Translations under genes and position numbers: made by a program
Notes under the pieces: model-generated
The model's input: the letters and a program-made list of their open reading frames with translations, nothing else
What the model was told of the DNA's origin: nothing
Database searches by the model: none
Shown: piece after piece, positions 38,035 through 51,914 of the stretch
How positions within the stretch are numbered: the first letter of the stretch is position 1
Layout: each line of letters starts with the position of its first letter
Source: Octopus sinensis
Taxonomy: Eukaryota
DNA length: 64,000 nt
Assembly: GCF_006345805.1 (NCBI RefSeq)
Contig: NC_042998.1
Coordinates: forward strand, 180,916,001 to 180,980,000
Reading direction: 5' to 3'

Positions 38035-39930
38035 AGAATATAGATTTGACAAAATTACTTTTAATTTGCTTAGCATACGGGAGTATAAGCTAATTACTAT
38101 CTCTTGTTTTTCCAATATTCTTACCATGCAACCGAATTTTAATGCTGTTCGAGTGATGAATGCTATGTTTATGCTTATTTGTTTTTATTATCTTGTTATC
38201 TATATTATACACATTAGCCCCTCCATTGGTGGTGCTACCTATATGTTCTTTCGTATTATATTTTATATTGTTGTTGTTGATGTTATGATTAGTGTTATTG
38301 TTGATATTATTTGTACTACGTTTCATTCTCATTGCTATATTGTTGTTTTTATTGTTATTATTATTGCTGTTATATTTGGTGTTGCAATTTTTATTCTTGT
38401 TACTGTTGGGGATTATAGGTTTCTGTGCTTTATTGGTAATTTAGATAAATGTCTATATTCCTTATTATTGCAATTGATGTTATCAATATTATTACTAGTC
38501 ATTATATTATTATATGGAATATATTTAAATTTACTTTTGTATCCCGTATTCTTTAGTGCCTTGTATTATTCTTTATGTTTATTGAATAAATCCTCATTAG
38601 AAGAGAGATAAATTATTTTACTAATGCTTTTTATAAGAGCTTTTTTATCGATTGTGGATGATTACTAAGATAGCGTATATATATTTTAAGTTAGTGTTTA
38701 GGTTCATGTAAGGTTCATGCAGTCCCGTATTTAGATTATAGTTAACGTCTAGGTAGCTGATTGAGTGGTTTTCACTCCCTCTAGTGATAGAAAGGCCAAA
38801 TCTTTTGAGAAATTTGTACAAACGTTATTTAAGTAGTTCTAGGCATCTGTTAGAGGTATTTCTAATTATAAAAAGTGCATCGCCCCTGTAGAGCCCCCCT
38901 CCAAAGTCTAGAAATTACTTATTTAGTTTGTCTAGAAGATATATTCCCACAAGAAGTCACTTCCGCTAAATCCGGGGATCCCATTGTTATATAAAAATAA
39001 TTACGGTTATCCTTTCTTGCCCGCAATTTATTATCAAATGCAAAAACAGAATTTCAGCCGTGAGGATTACGTTTATTTCTTTTATGCTGATCTTAGTGTG
39101 GTTCTTGGCAAAAATAAGGACACTGGAGTCGTAATTTTGAATATCTAATTGTAAAAGTTTATACTTATCCTTATACTGTATATTATACTTATCCTTATAC
39201 TGTATAACCTATTGCATTTTGGGTATTAGTCCATAATTCAAGTTTAATCTTTTTCCTAAGGGTAGTTATGTACTTATCTGAAACTGCTTTGCTAAATTTT
39301 CCTAAATCTGATTTATTGGGGCAAATTAGTCTAACTTGGGTGTTACTTAAGAAGTTATCCTTATGGTCCTTAATTATAATACGAGGTCTAATAGGTGTAA
39401 AAGGTTCTTTTCTATCACCTATATTGTAATCAGTCATAATTTTCTTAGCGTTAAAGTTGATTGTTTTACGAGTGCTTCTAGGAACTATATTATATATTTT
39501 CGTGATTTCTCTGTGGATGAGTTCATAGTAAGTATTTATGTCCATGTTGTAAGTGTTTCTGGTTTTGTCTGAATCTACTATTATCCTTTTTTTAGATATT
39601 AATTCGAGAATCAGGTTCTGTAGCTTCCTCTGGTGTTCATTGCGCCTAAGGGGGTGCTTTTTAAACTTAATGTCCTCAACAGAGGACCAGAGTTCTTGTT
39701 CAAATGCATTAAGGTGGTTGTTTGATGGTGGTGTTCTACTAGTTCTGAAAATTCCGGTGGTAAGGTCTTTATCGTCCATGGTGTTGATGTTAGTGTTGGT
39801 GTCTAGATAAGTTAGTTCATGCTGCCTGTCGTAGTAGTAGGCATTCCAACGGACTCTATGGGTGAATTCACTGATTTTAAGTATTAGGTCTTTAAGATAG
39901 ATGTTCTTGGGAGGGATAGGGATATTCAAC
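38035..39930 (-). mobile_element. Penelope-like retroelement pseudogene (RT region; GIY-YIG not reached)
   Basis: ORF 39195-39929 NIPIP..RVRW.A..DSDKTRN..KDHKDNF..RLICPNKSDLGK; then QLDIQNY, ITMGS.D.AEV, GLYRGDA (YRDD mutated), YLDV, SNHPQ, Asn-rich linker, LILPYAKQIK. Confidence 0.88.
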
Positions 39931-39972
39931 TTTTCCCTTTTTCTTCTCTATGCTATTCTGTTTTATTTATAC

Positions 39973-40090
39973 TTCACTCTGATGAAGCTCCATGTTTCAG
40001 ATCGGTTTTATTACCAAATATGATAAATATTTTTAGCATATCAATGGCAATACTATACAACATCGAAAGCAGAAACAGCTGTTAGATGGG
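39973..40090 (+). ncRNA. Type I hammerhead (family H3) in inverted orientation upstream of the PLE ORF
   Basis: CTGATGA AGC...GC A GAAAC AGCT GTT: palindromic ACAGCTGT stem III; weak stem I. Confidence 0.6.
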
Positions 40091-40194
40091 ATGCAGTCAA
40101 TTTGTATTGAATTAATAAATTATGATTGATGTAAGTCAATTGTTGTTCATCAATATTTTTCCATTTTCTGTTTATATAAATACATATATATATG

Positions 40195-40320
<126 letters not shown>

Positions 40321-41953
40321 TATATGTATGTGTATATATATATGTGTGTGTGTGTATTTGCTTAGATTCAGATTAACTTGCCCAGATCCCCAGATTATAA
40401 CCAAGGCCCAACTAGATCCCCATAAAATTAATTTACAGTACGCCTACATGAACATAATGCCTATGATCTAAGACGGATTGATCGAACATATTTCAAAGTG
40501 CTTTAGTTGACATGAAGCATTGCAATATATATCGAAAATCAGTGTGCCATTCAATTTGAAAATTAAATATCAATACGAGTTTCAAAGATATTGCAATTAT
40601 ATCTTTCGAATATGTAATTAGTCCTTAGGGTCGAATACAACATTTAAATTGTGCTAACTAGAGAGAGAGACACCAATCAGCTAGTGATGCCGGAAAAATA
40701 ATGAAACTCACATCTGAATTAATATTGAAATGCTCTGCTTCGGGAAATGAGGAACTAAATATGCAATTAAATTTTACATTATATATAATCTTATTATATA
40801 TTGACACATAAATTTTAACGCCACGAAAGTGTTCGATATGAAATAGTGGTAACTGGAAAGTGTTTGAAGTTTGACATTTAAGTGTACTAGAGGCATTATG
40901 TATGCTTTTTGAGATCTCAAAGTTTCACGTGTTTTACATACAATCATCAGTAAATGAAGAGATGCCTTAAAATAATATATACCTAATTTATAATTGTACG
41001 ATGCTATGTGGAAAGAAAATGAAACTGAAAAATATTGAATAATGCTTTCCTAAAAATTTGTTTCAAGCATATGATTTCAAAAAATTGTTGGTAAGAAAAT
41101 AAACAGTTTGAAAAGGAAACTATCTTTACATTGCAAATACATTTTATATCAAATTATCAGAAACATTTTGATGCAATCATTAATATTGCCATAAACGTAA
41201 ACATTTTTAATTCGCAAACGTTCTTCAGCCCATCTTTCCGTTGAAATTATCTAAAGTTTCTAACCGCTGGACACGCTTACTATAAATATTTCTGCTTCTT
41301 GTTGCAAAACTAACCTGACTTCCTGTGTGCATTAAGATATACTACTTGCATCCTAAGACCAAAGGGTATCGCCATTATAGAAAATAATCTTATTCCTAAC
41401 AGAACATGCAACAGTTAAAAACCAACTAAATGCAAATATTTTTTTTTCCTTTCAAGAGCAAGCATGGAATACCAAGAAAATAATGAAAAAAAATGCGTTT
41501 CTTAATTTCTGGTGAACAGGAAAAGCATAATAGACTTCTTCTGGATCAGGTTTAATAATGCTACATAAAAAAAAATATTTGAAGAAAAATCTAGATATAC
41601 GTTAAACGTGAATTTCTAAAGTAATTAGATGTTTTGAAGAAAGTAGGAAACTAAAGGAATTTTACGTTGCCCGAAGCAACTTCAGCATTATTGCCATGCC
41701 AACATTCTCCCCATAATTGATTTTAATATCTTTCTTCCTGAACTCGTTTCTGCAAATGTTTTGTCTACTTCTTTTTAAAGATATTCACTCAGTGGCTAAT
41801 ACTGTACCGGCTGCTAACCCATTTCCGGTTATTACTGTAGAGATCTACTGATTTCTAAGTTATTCTACTTACATATCACCTTTAGATGTAATAACTCATC
41901 CAGAGATATTCATGTACATAATATATACATACATACATACATACATACATACA

Positions 41954-41989
<36 letters not shown>

Positions 41990-43022
41990 TATATATCATA
42001 TATATCATATATATATATATATCATATATATCATATATATATATACTGAGTAATAACTGAAAACTGTACACATATGCATACAACAAAACCTATTAATAAC
42101 ACTGCAGGCAGACATAGACACACTGAAACACGCCCACAAACATATACACAAATTCACAAACACACACACATATACACAAATATATATGCATACATACACA
42201 CATGCACGCATACATATGCACATATGCGTACACGTATACATACACATATCTATATATGTACGTATGTATCGATGCAAATTATGTTCTTTTTTTTTCTGTT
42301 GTTGGTACTTCAAATCTTCCAGTATGAATGTCTGCTTATTTCGTGATTCATTGCTGTAAAAGAGAACATATATTGTTGAACCAAATACTGATTTAATTCA
42401 TTTCAGAGAAAGGCCTGAGTCCCAGAGTATTCACTTAATTATCGCTGGCTCCCACATCAATATGTTGTATTAAATTACCTTACATGTGTACACAAGATTT
42501 GCAATACCTACCGGTTCATATTGTGTAACATGAACATTCTTGTTGGCATATATGATTATTTTATTTCCCTTCATTTTGATTACATCTGATTCACCTTCTG
42601 ATTTACATGAAAACTTTTAAATGAACTTTACAAATATTGAAAATATAGCCCCGAACTAAAAGTTGAATAAGAATAAAACTGTGTGGATGTAATGTTAAAA
42701 TCTTTATTTGTTGCATCCTTTATTTACAGGAACATAACGTATTCTGTCTCACCGAGTCCTTTATTCCGTTTCTCAACTAAGGCTTAAAGGAAAGAAGAGG
42801 AGGTAAAAAGGGAATGATTGAGCTTGTTGTGGGGACGTAGATATAATATGTGAATGTTAAAGTACTCCGTGCTGGTTTGTGGTGGTAAAGAGTAACTGGG
42901 GAAGAGGTAAGGCAAAAAATTACATTTGATAACATTAGCTGTGACTGGCTAATCTTGGATTCTAGAAATCTATAGGCTTATATCCAGTTTCCACTACGTT
43001 CAAGGGATTGACAACTTAGGTT

Positions 43023-43265
43023 CAAAGTTGTGGCCAAAAGTTTGGAACGTAGGTCTGGAAATTAGAATTTTTATATTAAATACCCAACGTCATAGCTAAT
43101 TTGCATATATTATTACTTGGCCAAAAGTTTGGAACATAAGTCTGAAAATTAAATTTTTTTATATATTAAATGCTCAGATATATACATTGTATATGTCAGA
43201 ATCGAATTGTGCTTGGATATAATTTTAATTTTTTTAAATGTTCCAGACTTTTGGCTACGACTCTA
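43023..43265. mobile_element. Tc1-type MITE
   Basis: TIR GT(T/C)GT(G/A)GCCAAAAGT(T/C)TGGAAC at both ends in inverted orientation; extra internal TIR copy near 43118-43137. Confidence 0.7.
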
Positions 43266-46200
43266 GGTGGACTGCCCTACACTGTGGTACCTGTTTATCG
43301 CTGGTTGGACCGTACCACTTTGTGAACCACTATAACTTATAAGACTGCTCACTCACGATCGACGATGTCCTATTGCCGTAGGCGAATGCGTTTGTGTATC
43401 TTAAATCTTCTTTCTTATCATCTAGCCAAACCCAAATCGGAATTTGAAGGATATTTATCAAAACGTTCTGGACTACAGTTCTGAAGACAGGTCAAGTTCT
43501 ATACCAAGATCTGTATTTCAATAACCGAAAACCTGTTATTCTGCATAATTGGGAAACTTATCTCTTCTAAATGGAACATCTCTTTTGAATGGATGCATTT
43601 GGCATATGATATCTGAGAATATACTTTCATATTCACTACATTGATTGAAAGCGGATGTGCGATCTCCAAGCATTCTGGTCTGTGAACTCACAATTGCCGT
43701 TTTTCAGAAATTATGGTCTTTCCTAGTTTGGTTGTACACAGTGTCATCCTTCTAACGATTTGATTAAGGCTGTCATTCATCTGAACTCTTCTTTGGTTTT
43801 CAGACAGCAAATGATGAGCAGATAATGATATAGCTGCAGGACTTTTATGAACGGATATTAACTACATTATATAAAGATTCTTAAAGCTGAAATGCTCATG
43901 ATGTTCAATGGGTCTTATATGAATTAAACATTCATGATTATAAATATGTTCAGCAGTTTTATTTTTCCCAGGGATACCATAACTAATCAATCGATTACAA
44001 AACTTATACATTTCGGATTATAATAGATCCTTAACAATGTGTAACGAGAAATTCGCCGTTTATTTCACTTCTGTTTATATATATTTATGCACGAGCGCTC
44101 AACTGAGTGAAACAACTGATGGTTGTGTGTGTGTTTGTGTGTGTGTTCGCATATACATCCTATCACGGAAGAGCAATTAAACCAATGAGATGCAAAAATT
44201 ACGCTATATCTAAGCATTTGCATGAAACCACAAGTAAACAGCTTCTTTTAGTTTCTATAGTTATATCTGTTGCATTGAAGTCATTCTTCCTTAAATGCTT
44301 TGAATAATTAATAGTGAAACTTCTGAAACGAAATCTTATAATTTTAAATCTATAATTTACATTGAAATTAAAAAGAAACTGCACTTCGTTTCATTGGGTT
44401 CTTGCTGCTTAAATGGAATATATATTCATAATATGAAGTTCAACTTTAAGTTGCCATTGCTGGGATTTGTATCCTGTGGAAATGTTTATTTTAAGAGCTT
44501 CGATTGTGGTTCTTATTTTTATATCTTTATTTTTTTCCTTTTTTGTCAGCCATTTATTATACTGCTATCTTGACTGGAACCTCGTTGAAGTGTTTTGCAA
44601 TGCGCTTGAAGATAACAGTCGGCAGATATGTCCCTGATAATCTCTTTGGTAATACTCTACGGGGTTTGGTGAAGGACTGGACATAAATTGTTATAGGCCA
44701 ATGTATATGTTTTTTTTTTCTTAAAGCTTTGCTAGGTTAAAGTTAAAACTTACATTCAGCTATCTTCCTCGGGTAGGAATTATTTAATAATAATTTAACT
44801 TCATTTTGAAGGCACATTCTAAATCACGTATCAATGGCTCCTGTATACGTCCAATGAGGAGGACAAAATTTAACCGATCACTTATTGAACAACCCTATCA
44901 CTGAGATTTCCCATAAGTACAGGAATTTCCTATCCCGATGTCGTCGTTTTAACATTAATTCTCATCAGAAATGGGGACGATAATGGCGTTTTCAAATTCT
45001 CACGTATTACTACATATCTATAAAATGCAACCAGTATTAACCATATATTTCAAGTTCAAACGAATATAGATAAATATAACACTTAAAATGTAATATTAAG
45101 ATAATATTAATGATATGAAATATTAGGATCCTACTAACAGTCAGTGTTATTTATATATGTCGATAATAACATTTTAAACATATTCTTATGAACTTTGAAA
45201 TATATGCCGCAAATTCAGTCACGAAACATCATTTCCATTTTGCTAATGTAAAATACTTTAATCGCTACATTCAAAGTCATTTAATTCTACTTTGTCTTGC
45301 AACCATTATTTATAATTGATAACAGTCGATCTATTTATGTTGTGGTTTAAATAACATATTAAAAAGAGATGTTTTCTTTGTGTGCTAGAAGCAGTTAAGA
45401 ACTGAAAATGGAAGCATTTCAAAATGTGTATACCAACAATTGCTTTGTGTAGTGAAGAAAAACAAACTTTCTTAAAAGGATCAGATTAATAACATAAATA
45501 ACCAAAGCAAAATAGACCATTGTTCAAAATTATTGCTTATAATTATAGCAAATTGCTTCGGAAAGAAAATTTCAAAAACAAAATATCTGTAGATTATTTG
45601 TGTTGCATACAAACAGAAATTTGTTTATTAGATTATCGAAAATTATATTAATAATTAGTAGAGTCTAAGCCCGTAAAGAAATCGAAAAGTAAAATAAGTG
45701 AAATTCTTCTGCCGAAATAAACACAAGTTCGATTTATTGATTCGCAATTGATATTATCAACTGTCCAGAACGCCAGACATCACTGACATCTGACTTTATT
45801 TTTAACAAATTTCAATAGGAGGTATTTTTAAAGGCTATAAATATTTTTGGTTAATATCAAAATTACAATGTGGAACCTATTTTAAACATGTTGCTGTTTT
45901 GACCTAAACTTCTGCTGCTGCAGTTGTTGCTAACTTAAAAGCTCTTTAGTTGAATCGATTCTGAAAATAAAACCTTTCTTCCATGATATAACAATATGAA
46001 GGAAGTAGTTATCAGCAATATGAACGAGCTGGTTAATTAGATAACCTTCAGAGTGCAAGAATGAAAGAAAGATCAATTTTCTCCATCGATAGTTAACATT
46101 GAAGTAAATGCATTCAGAAAAGAGGAAAGCACAACATTAAGTAGGATTGATCTGAAGACAACCGTATTGAAATAATATTGAATAGACTGTACTGTTCATA

Positions 46201-47814
46201 TGTGAAAGTACTCAGTGTGATTAGAACTGCTTTCAGAGGTTCCATAACGATTTGGTGAAAGAAAAAGTTACATTTCTAAATATATAGAATTTTGGCTTCA
46301 TTGGAAAATGACCGAGAGAGCGAGAGATAGACGGTAGAAATGGAAAAGTGATTGAATAAGAGTAAAAAGGTTGAAGGTAAATCTGCACGCTGCACAATAT
46401 GGAATCAAGGCAAACAATGTGGCGTTTGGTTAAAAGACAACGATTTGGCTTAGAATTTGGGGAGCATTAATTTGTAATTTGACAGACGTTTTCTGCTATA
46501 ATTGATTCTATGAAAGAACATTAACTGCAAAAGATTACTGACAAGAGATATAACTATCATAATTATATAGTTTAATGGGCAGTAGTTTTAAGCACCCATC
46601 GCATACTTACGCCTACACACAAACATTAAAAAGATATTCTGCAATTCTTTTCACCTATTATTGGATACAGTCATTGAACTACGACCATCCTTCAAGTGTT
46701 AGTAGTCGATCATATTGATTCTGCTAGTTTTTATTTTAATAATAATATTCATACATCAAATGACTAATTTGTGCTTTTAAATTGATTAGCAGTTTTGCAA
46801 ATATAAACTTAAACACGTGTGTATATTTGTCCACGTGTGTGAATATATGAATATTTTTGTGTATATGCATGTTTATATCAACAATGATGTCTATTATTTG
46901 CTGCCTTACTTAATCTTGAATATATAAATAAATCTCCTAGAAGAAAAGAAAAGATAAATCATAGACATTGGTGCACAACACTGAACGTTATTAGGTCAGG
47001 AAATTCATCACAGGATTAACTTGCGAAATTTGTTCGATTCCAGATATAGAGCTCTAACACTGTTTTATTGACAAACGCCTTTATATATATAAATAGACAT
47101 TAGATTTTGTTGCTTTAAATTTTGAAGAAGTGGACAGATATATATTCCTTAAATATGTATGAGATTAGTAAAAGAATTTCGACATTTTGGACTAAGTCCT
47201 TCAGAGGACAGGATAAAATATCTTTTCATTGTACTTAATTTCTAAGAACTTGGACACATGAAATAGTACATAGATTTTGTGCATCCGTGAGATATAAATC
47301 AGTAAACTAAGTATTCACTGATGTGTACCGCATGGTCCAAGTAAAAGTTAAATCAATATACAAATATACATACTTGAAGTAGCATTATCTTAAAATAACG
47401 ATGCGTATAATATTTACAATATATATAAATTTAGAACGGCATTAGCGATAATGTTTGTCTGAGAGTAAAATTTCCCCAAAGAAGTTACAAAACACAATTC
47501 TCGCTTGAACAGCCTTAAAGTACGTATATTTATTTAATTTTAGCCCCATGAACTTTCGCACAAATCATTTGAGATTTTGTGTAATGGTTTGTGTATCGGA
47601 ACGAGTATTTGTGCATAACCCAGAATAACTGGGTTTGTTCGTCTCTGTAGACACCAAACAAAGTCGAAGCACCGGTGTCTCATGATCCGACGATGACTTT
47701 CTGAGCATGCTCTGTGTTATGCGACTCATAAATGTTTTCGAGAAGTTTCTCTGAGACAAACATTAAAGCTAGCGCAGTTCGACGTCTGTAAATAAACTGT
47801 TATACATATTCTTT

Positions 47815-47960
47815 TCTACTCGAGGCACAAAGCCCGAAATTTTGGGGAAGGGGACCAGTCAATTAGATCAACCCCAGTACGCAATTGGTACTTAATTTAT
47901 CGACCCCCAAAAGGATGAAGGGCAAAGTCGACCTCGGCGCAATTTGAACTCAGAACATAA
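47815..47960 (-). mobile_element. 5'-truncated SINE family M, variant tail
   Basis: Family core present, reverse orientation. Confidence 0.8.
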
Positions 47961-47994
47961 AGACAGACGAACTATGTTATACGTATTGATAAAC

Positions 47995-48037
<43 letters not shown>

Positions 48038-48050
48038 CATACATACATAC

Positions 48051-48092
<42 letters not shown>

Positions 48093-48332
48093 GTGTGTGT
48101 GTATGTATATATATATATATATAATATATATATATATATAAACAAAACAAAAAATGGAACAAGAACGTAGTAGGCAACATCAACACATTCGGACAGTTAG
48201 ACGATACAAAAAAGGGCAGGAAAAAACAAGGACGGGTCAGGCAGGGAAGAAAATGGATAAGAGATTCAGGTGATAAGCATCAGTAAGATTTATTTATTAA
48301 GATCATAGGAAGAAATAAATGAATACAAGTCC

Positions 48333-48421
48333 ACTCTTACAGTTGTTTCTACTTTGGAGGTCCGGTATGCTAAAGTTGACATATGATACAAAAATTGAAA
48401 TCCAAAGCTTCATCAGAGAGT
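48333..48421 (-). ncRNA. Type I hammerhead (family H3)
   Basis: ACTCT CTGATGA A GCTTTGGA...TCCAAAGT A GAAAC AACT GTA AGAGT: 5-bp stem I, 8-bp stem II base, GUA triplet. Confidence 0.7.
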
Positions 48422-48835
48422 CAATAAGTCCAACCTAAGAAAAATCTTACCTACGTTTAGGACATTTAGGGAGAAGTGGGGAGCGAACCATAAGGTCTTG
48501 CGGTGGCGTGTCCTTTTATGGTTGCTGGATTCTGGTGTATATACTATATGGTCCGTGAGCCAGCTGGCCGCTAGCGCCTCATTGTAAGCGGGGGCTGCTG
48601 CGTCGAAAATACCATAATTTGAAAATAAGATCGAAATCCGTTTACTGATACATTTTATTAGCTTTTTGAACACTTTGGGTGGGTGGCAGGAGGCTGTATT
48701 AATATATGATAGCCTATCATTCTGTTTGCGATATGGTCCGTAGGTGCCACAGTCTAAATCAAGCGTGACATCCAAGAAGGTCACCGCTGTGATGTTAGTC
48801 TCTATGGTGATTTTAAGGCTAAGGTTGTTGAGGGT
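48413..48835 (-). pseudogene. Penelope-like RT C-terminal/thumb fragment fused to the hammerhead
   Basis: TFLDVTLDL..GTY.PYRK.N....YIN..S.HPP ... AAP.YNEAL..S ... RK.LWFAP.FS.NV..NVGKIFLRL. Confidence 0.88.
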
Positions 48836-49223
48836 TGTGTATGACAGAAAAATATATAATTCTTATGAACTTACATGAGCCAGGAGGCTACCTGAACAAC
48901 AGGACGGAAGCCGTAGGGAGTTGTCTACATTTTCGAAAATTTTTACTTCAAAATTGGAAAGCCTAGCTAAGCTATCAAGCGAAGGAAGATAACTTTCCCG
49001 GTCATAATTTTTTCAGAGGAATATTTCTTTAGCTATCACCAGGTTTCATGCGTTTTTTTAAAAAAACATTTTTTGCAGAGAACAGTTATCGTTTAGAGAA
49101 ACTGAAGATATGTTTAGTTTACGCTGTGGTTTTTTTCTAAAACTGTTACTTTACACATGCAGAAATAAACATCTGCTGTATATTTTATAGGGTATGCTCT
49201 TTTTCTGACTTATGATCTTATAA

Positions 49224-49262
<39 letters not shown>

Positions 49263-49419
49263 GCTATGCTTGATCGCTGAATAGATATATATAATACATA
49301 CATACATACATACATACATACATACATACATACATACATACATACATACATACATACAAGCATGCATGCATCGTTACATACATATATACATACATGTGTG
49401 TATATTTGAATGTAAGCAG

Positions 49420-49980
49420 GCGTTGCAGTGCCGTAAAAAGGTTACTTCTCAACGACATGGTTCCGAACATGAACGCTATACCTCAGCAGCGAATGACGTC
49501 TACCGCTACGGCGTCCGCGTCACGGATTCGCATGTCCTCCCAGTGACAAACTTCATATGATCGTCGGATAAGGTCAACATTTGCAAGCGACGTATTGAAT
49601 ACGCTAGTTGGAGCTGATCAACCCATCCGAGTGAATGGCGCCGCACGTACAAGTGAATACATGGTTCCGGACGTACTGTAAGTATGCGCCTTTAGGTAGA
49701 AGGAAGGCTATGTGGAGAGGGCGTTTGTCTTAGTGGTGAGAACGACAGTGGTTTGGTAGGGTCTTCACAAGCAACCCTAGATTTTTCGTTGCTCAAATTT
49801 ATATTATTCTCGTTTTTTATCGTTTACACGCTTCTATTTATGTACATTTATTTATAATATTTATTGTACATGTATGTACTATTTATTGTACAGTCTCTAT
49901 TATTTTGTTTTGTATATTTTTTTTTTTTTTTGCTTTTTTGAGAACCCTTAGTGGTGAGTAAAATACATATTATTATTATA
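49420..49980 (+). mobile_element. Possible L1/Tx1-type LINE 3' end
   Basis: RLPLRRPRHGFACP resembles the zf-RVT LP.R..L.RHG motif; followed by a T-rich 3' UTR-like stretch. Confidence 0.3.
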
Positions 49981-50284
49981 GAGTGAGAAAGCAGTGAATG
50001 TCATCAAGCCCAATATACGAAGCCCAATATGCTCATCATGACTACCAGTCTGTTATGGGTACACCAGACACATACATCACAACCATACGTGCGCGATATG
50101 GTGATTTCATATCAAGATAAACAGCGCTTGGCCTTGCAGGTGGGGCTCAGTTAACAATTTTCTTCAAAAGGATGCTCAATGAAACGCCCATGTTTCCAGA
50201 GCAGAATCATTCAAACCCCAAACAATTCCTCTGAACACATAGCTATGATGCTCCCCAACTAATCATTATTAAGGTGGCCAACAG

Positions 50285-50485
50285 GCAGGATCGTTAGCAT
50301 ACCGAAAAATATGCTTAGCGGCATTTTGTCCATCTTTACATTCTGCATTCAAATTCCGCCGAGCTCGACTTTGCCTTTCATCCTTTCACGGTCTATAAAT
50401 TCAGTACCAGTGAAACACTGGAGTCGATGTAATAGACTAGTTCCCCCCCCCCCCACGAAATTTCAAGCCTTGTGTAATTAGTCGA
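50285..50485 (+). mobile_element. SINE family M, variant tail, followed by (TAT)n to about 50566
   Basis: Diverged head and core. Confidence 0.75.
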
Positions 50486-50489
50486 AAGG

Positions 50490-50542
<53 letters not shown>

Positions 50543-51571
50543 CATTATTATTATTATTATTATTATCTAAACTGCATTGATTTAAAATATTTCATACTTA
50601 TTAAAAGAAACAACTGAAGAAATATTATGGATGTTGTAAAAGGTATTAGTGTTATAGGAATAATGAGGTAACAGGATTCTGAGTTGTAGAGGAGATGTGT
50701 TATATTTTGCATTTTCTAAATTTTAATATTTAAGTAAACAACGTGAAGTATTGAACTCAATATTAACAGTGATGTCATGTTTAAAAATATTGAAAATGCA
50801 TAATTTATTTTAAAATCTGGAACGTATAGAAATATGGAACGTATAGAAACTAGCGAAGTAAAATCTACCAAACCTCTGGTAATGGAGAGTATCAGTAATT
50901 ATATAAAGTTTTGTTTATGCGTTACAGGAAAACATTTAAGATTTCGTTGAAAAATTAAATATTTTCCAAACCATCTATATTTATTAAAAAGAAATATTTT
51001 AAAACATTTGTTTAAAAAATATATTGGAAGCTATTTTGTAATGTAAATTCATAATCTAAATATTTCTTAATATATTAGAAGTATTTAAATTATTAAGAAA
51101 AAATATTGAACCATAAGTGATTATGAAAACTTACAGAGTAGAAAGCCATATCAAGTAAAATAGATAAAGTTTGAAATGTGATGAAAATAATTTAGTTTGG
51201 AGGTTTCATACTAAATGTCTTCTTAATAAAATGTTGATTTCAATTAGCTTAAGTAAATGTCTTTCTTATGTATTTTAAAGAAAAGCAAAACAAAATACTA
51301 ATATTATGGGAGTCGTAAAGGTTGAAGATAATAAGATAGGATTTATTAGATGAAGTCAGTCAAAATGAATAAAAGATGAATTATAGTAAATTCTATAGCA
51401 TTCGTAAAAAAAAATATATGTGCGACCGCAATTAAGACTGAAGTAAATATCCATTAACATGAAACGGCTCCTGGGTGTGCGAGTCGACTTTCAGAATACG
51501 GCATGATCATCTAAGCGAAATAAACTTCTAAGCTACTTTTAATTTATTTTTGACGTATTGTTCTGCGAATG

Positions 51572-51612
<41 letters not shown>

Positions 51613-51689
51613 TATATTCTATGCAATTAAAATGGGCTGATGTAATCGACAATCCCTTGAACCTGCAGGCCTTGTGCCAAAATTTGACA

Positions 51690-51749
51690 CCATTATTATT
51701 ATTATATTATTATTATTATTATTATATTATTATTATTATTATTATTATA

Positions 51750-51790
<41 letters not shown>

Positions 51791-51850
51791 TATTATTATT
51801 ATTGTTATTATTATTATTATTATTATATTATTATTATTATTATTATTATA
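51690..51850. repeat. (TAT)n / (TAA)n microsatellite
   Basis: Directly visible; lies at the 3' end (minus strand) of the R4-hammerhead module. Confidence 0.96.
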
Positions 51851-51914
51851 ACATATGGTATAATTATAAGCAGGGCAAATTTTAGCCATTTCTCCGTAGA
51901 CTGAAAAAATGATG

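Noticed and set aside
38066-38611. 181-aa hydrophobic, membrane-protein-like ORF
   Set aside because: It is the antisense reading of the Asn-rich Penelope linker.
38600-39200. Selenocysteine recoding of in-frame stops, as reported for some Naiad-clade PLEs
   Set aside because: The stops I can read here are TAA, with frameshifts and a YRDD-to-YRGD change; this is ordinary decay.
44504-44686. Strong polypyrimidine/CAG acceptor followed by an open frame
   Set aside because: The sequence resembles a decayed reverse family-K SINE tail; the peptide is unrecognisable.
46110-46245. 43-aa minus-strand ORF (MEPLKAVLITL...) after a UTR-like stretch
   Set aside because: Short, with no homology I recognise and no splice support.
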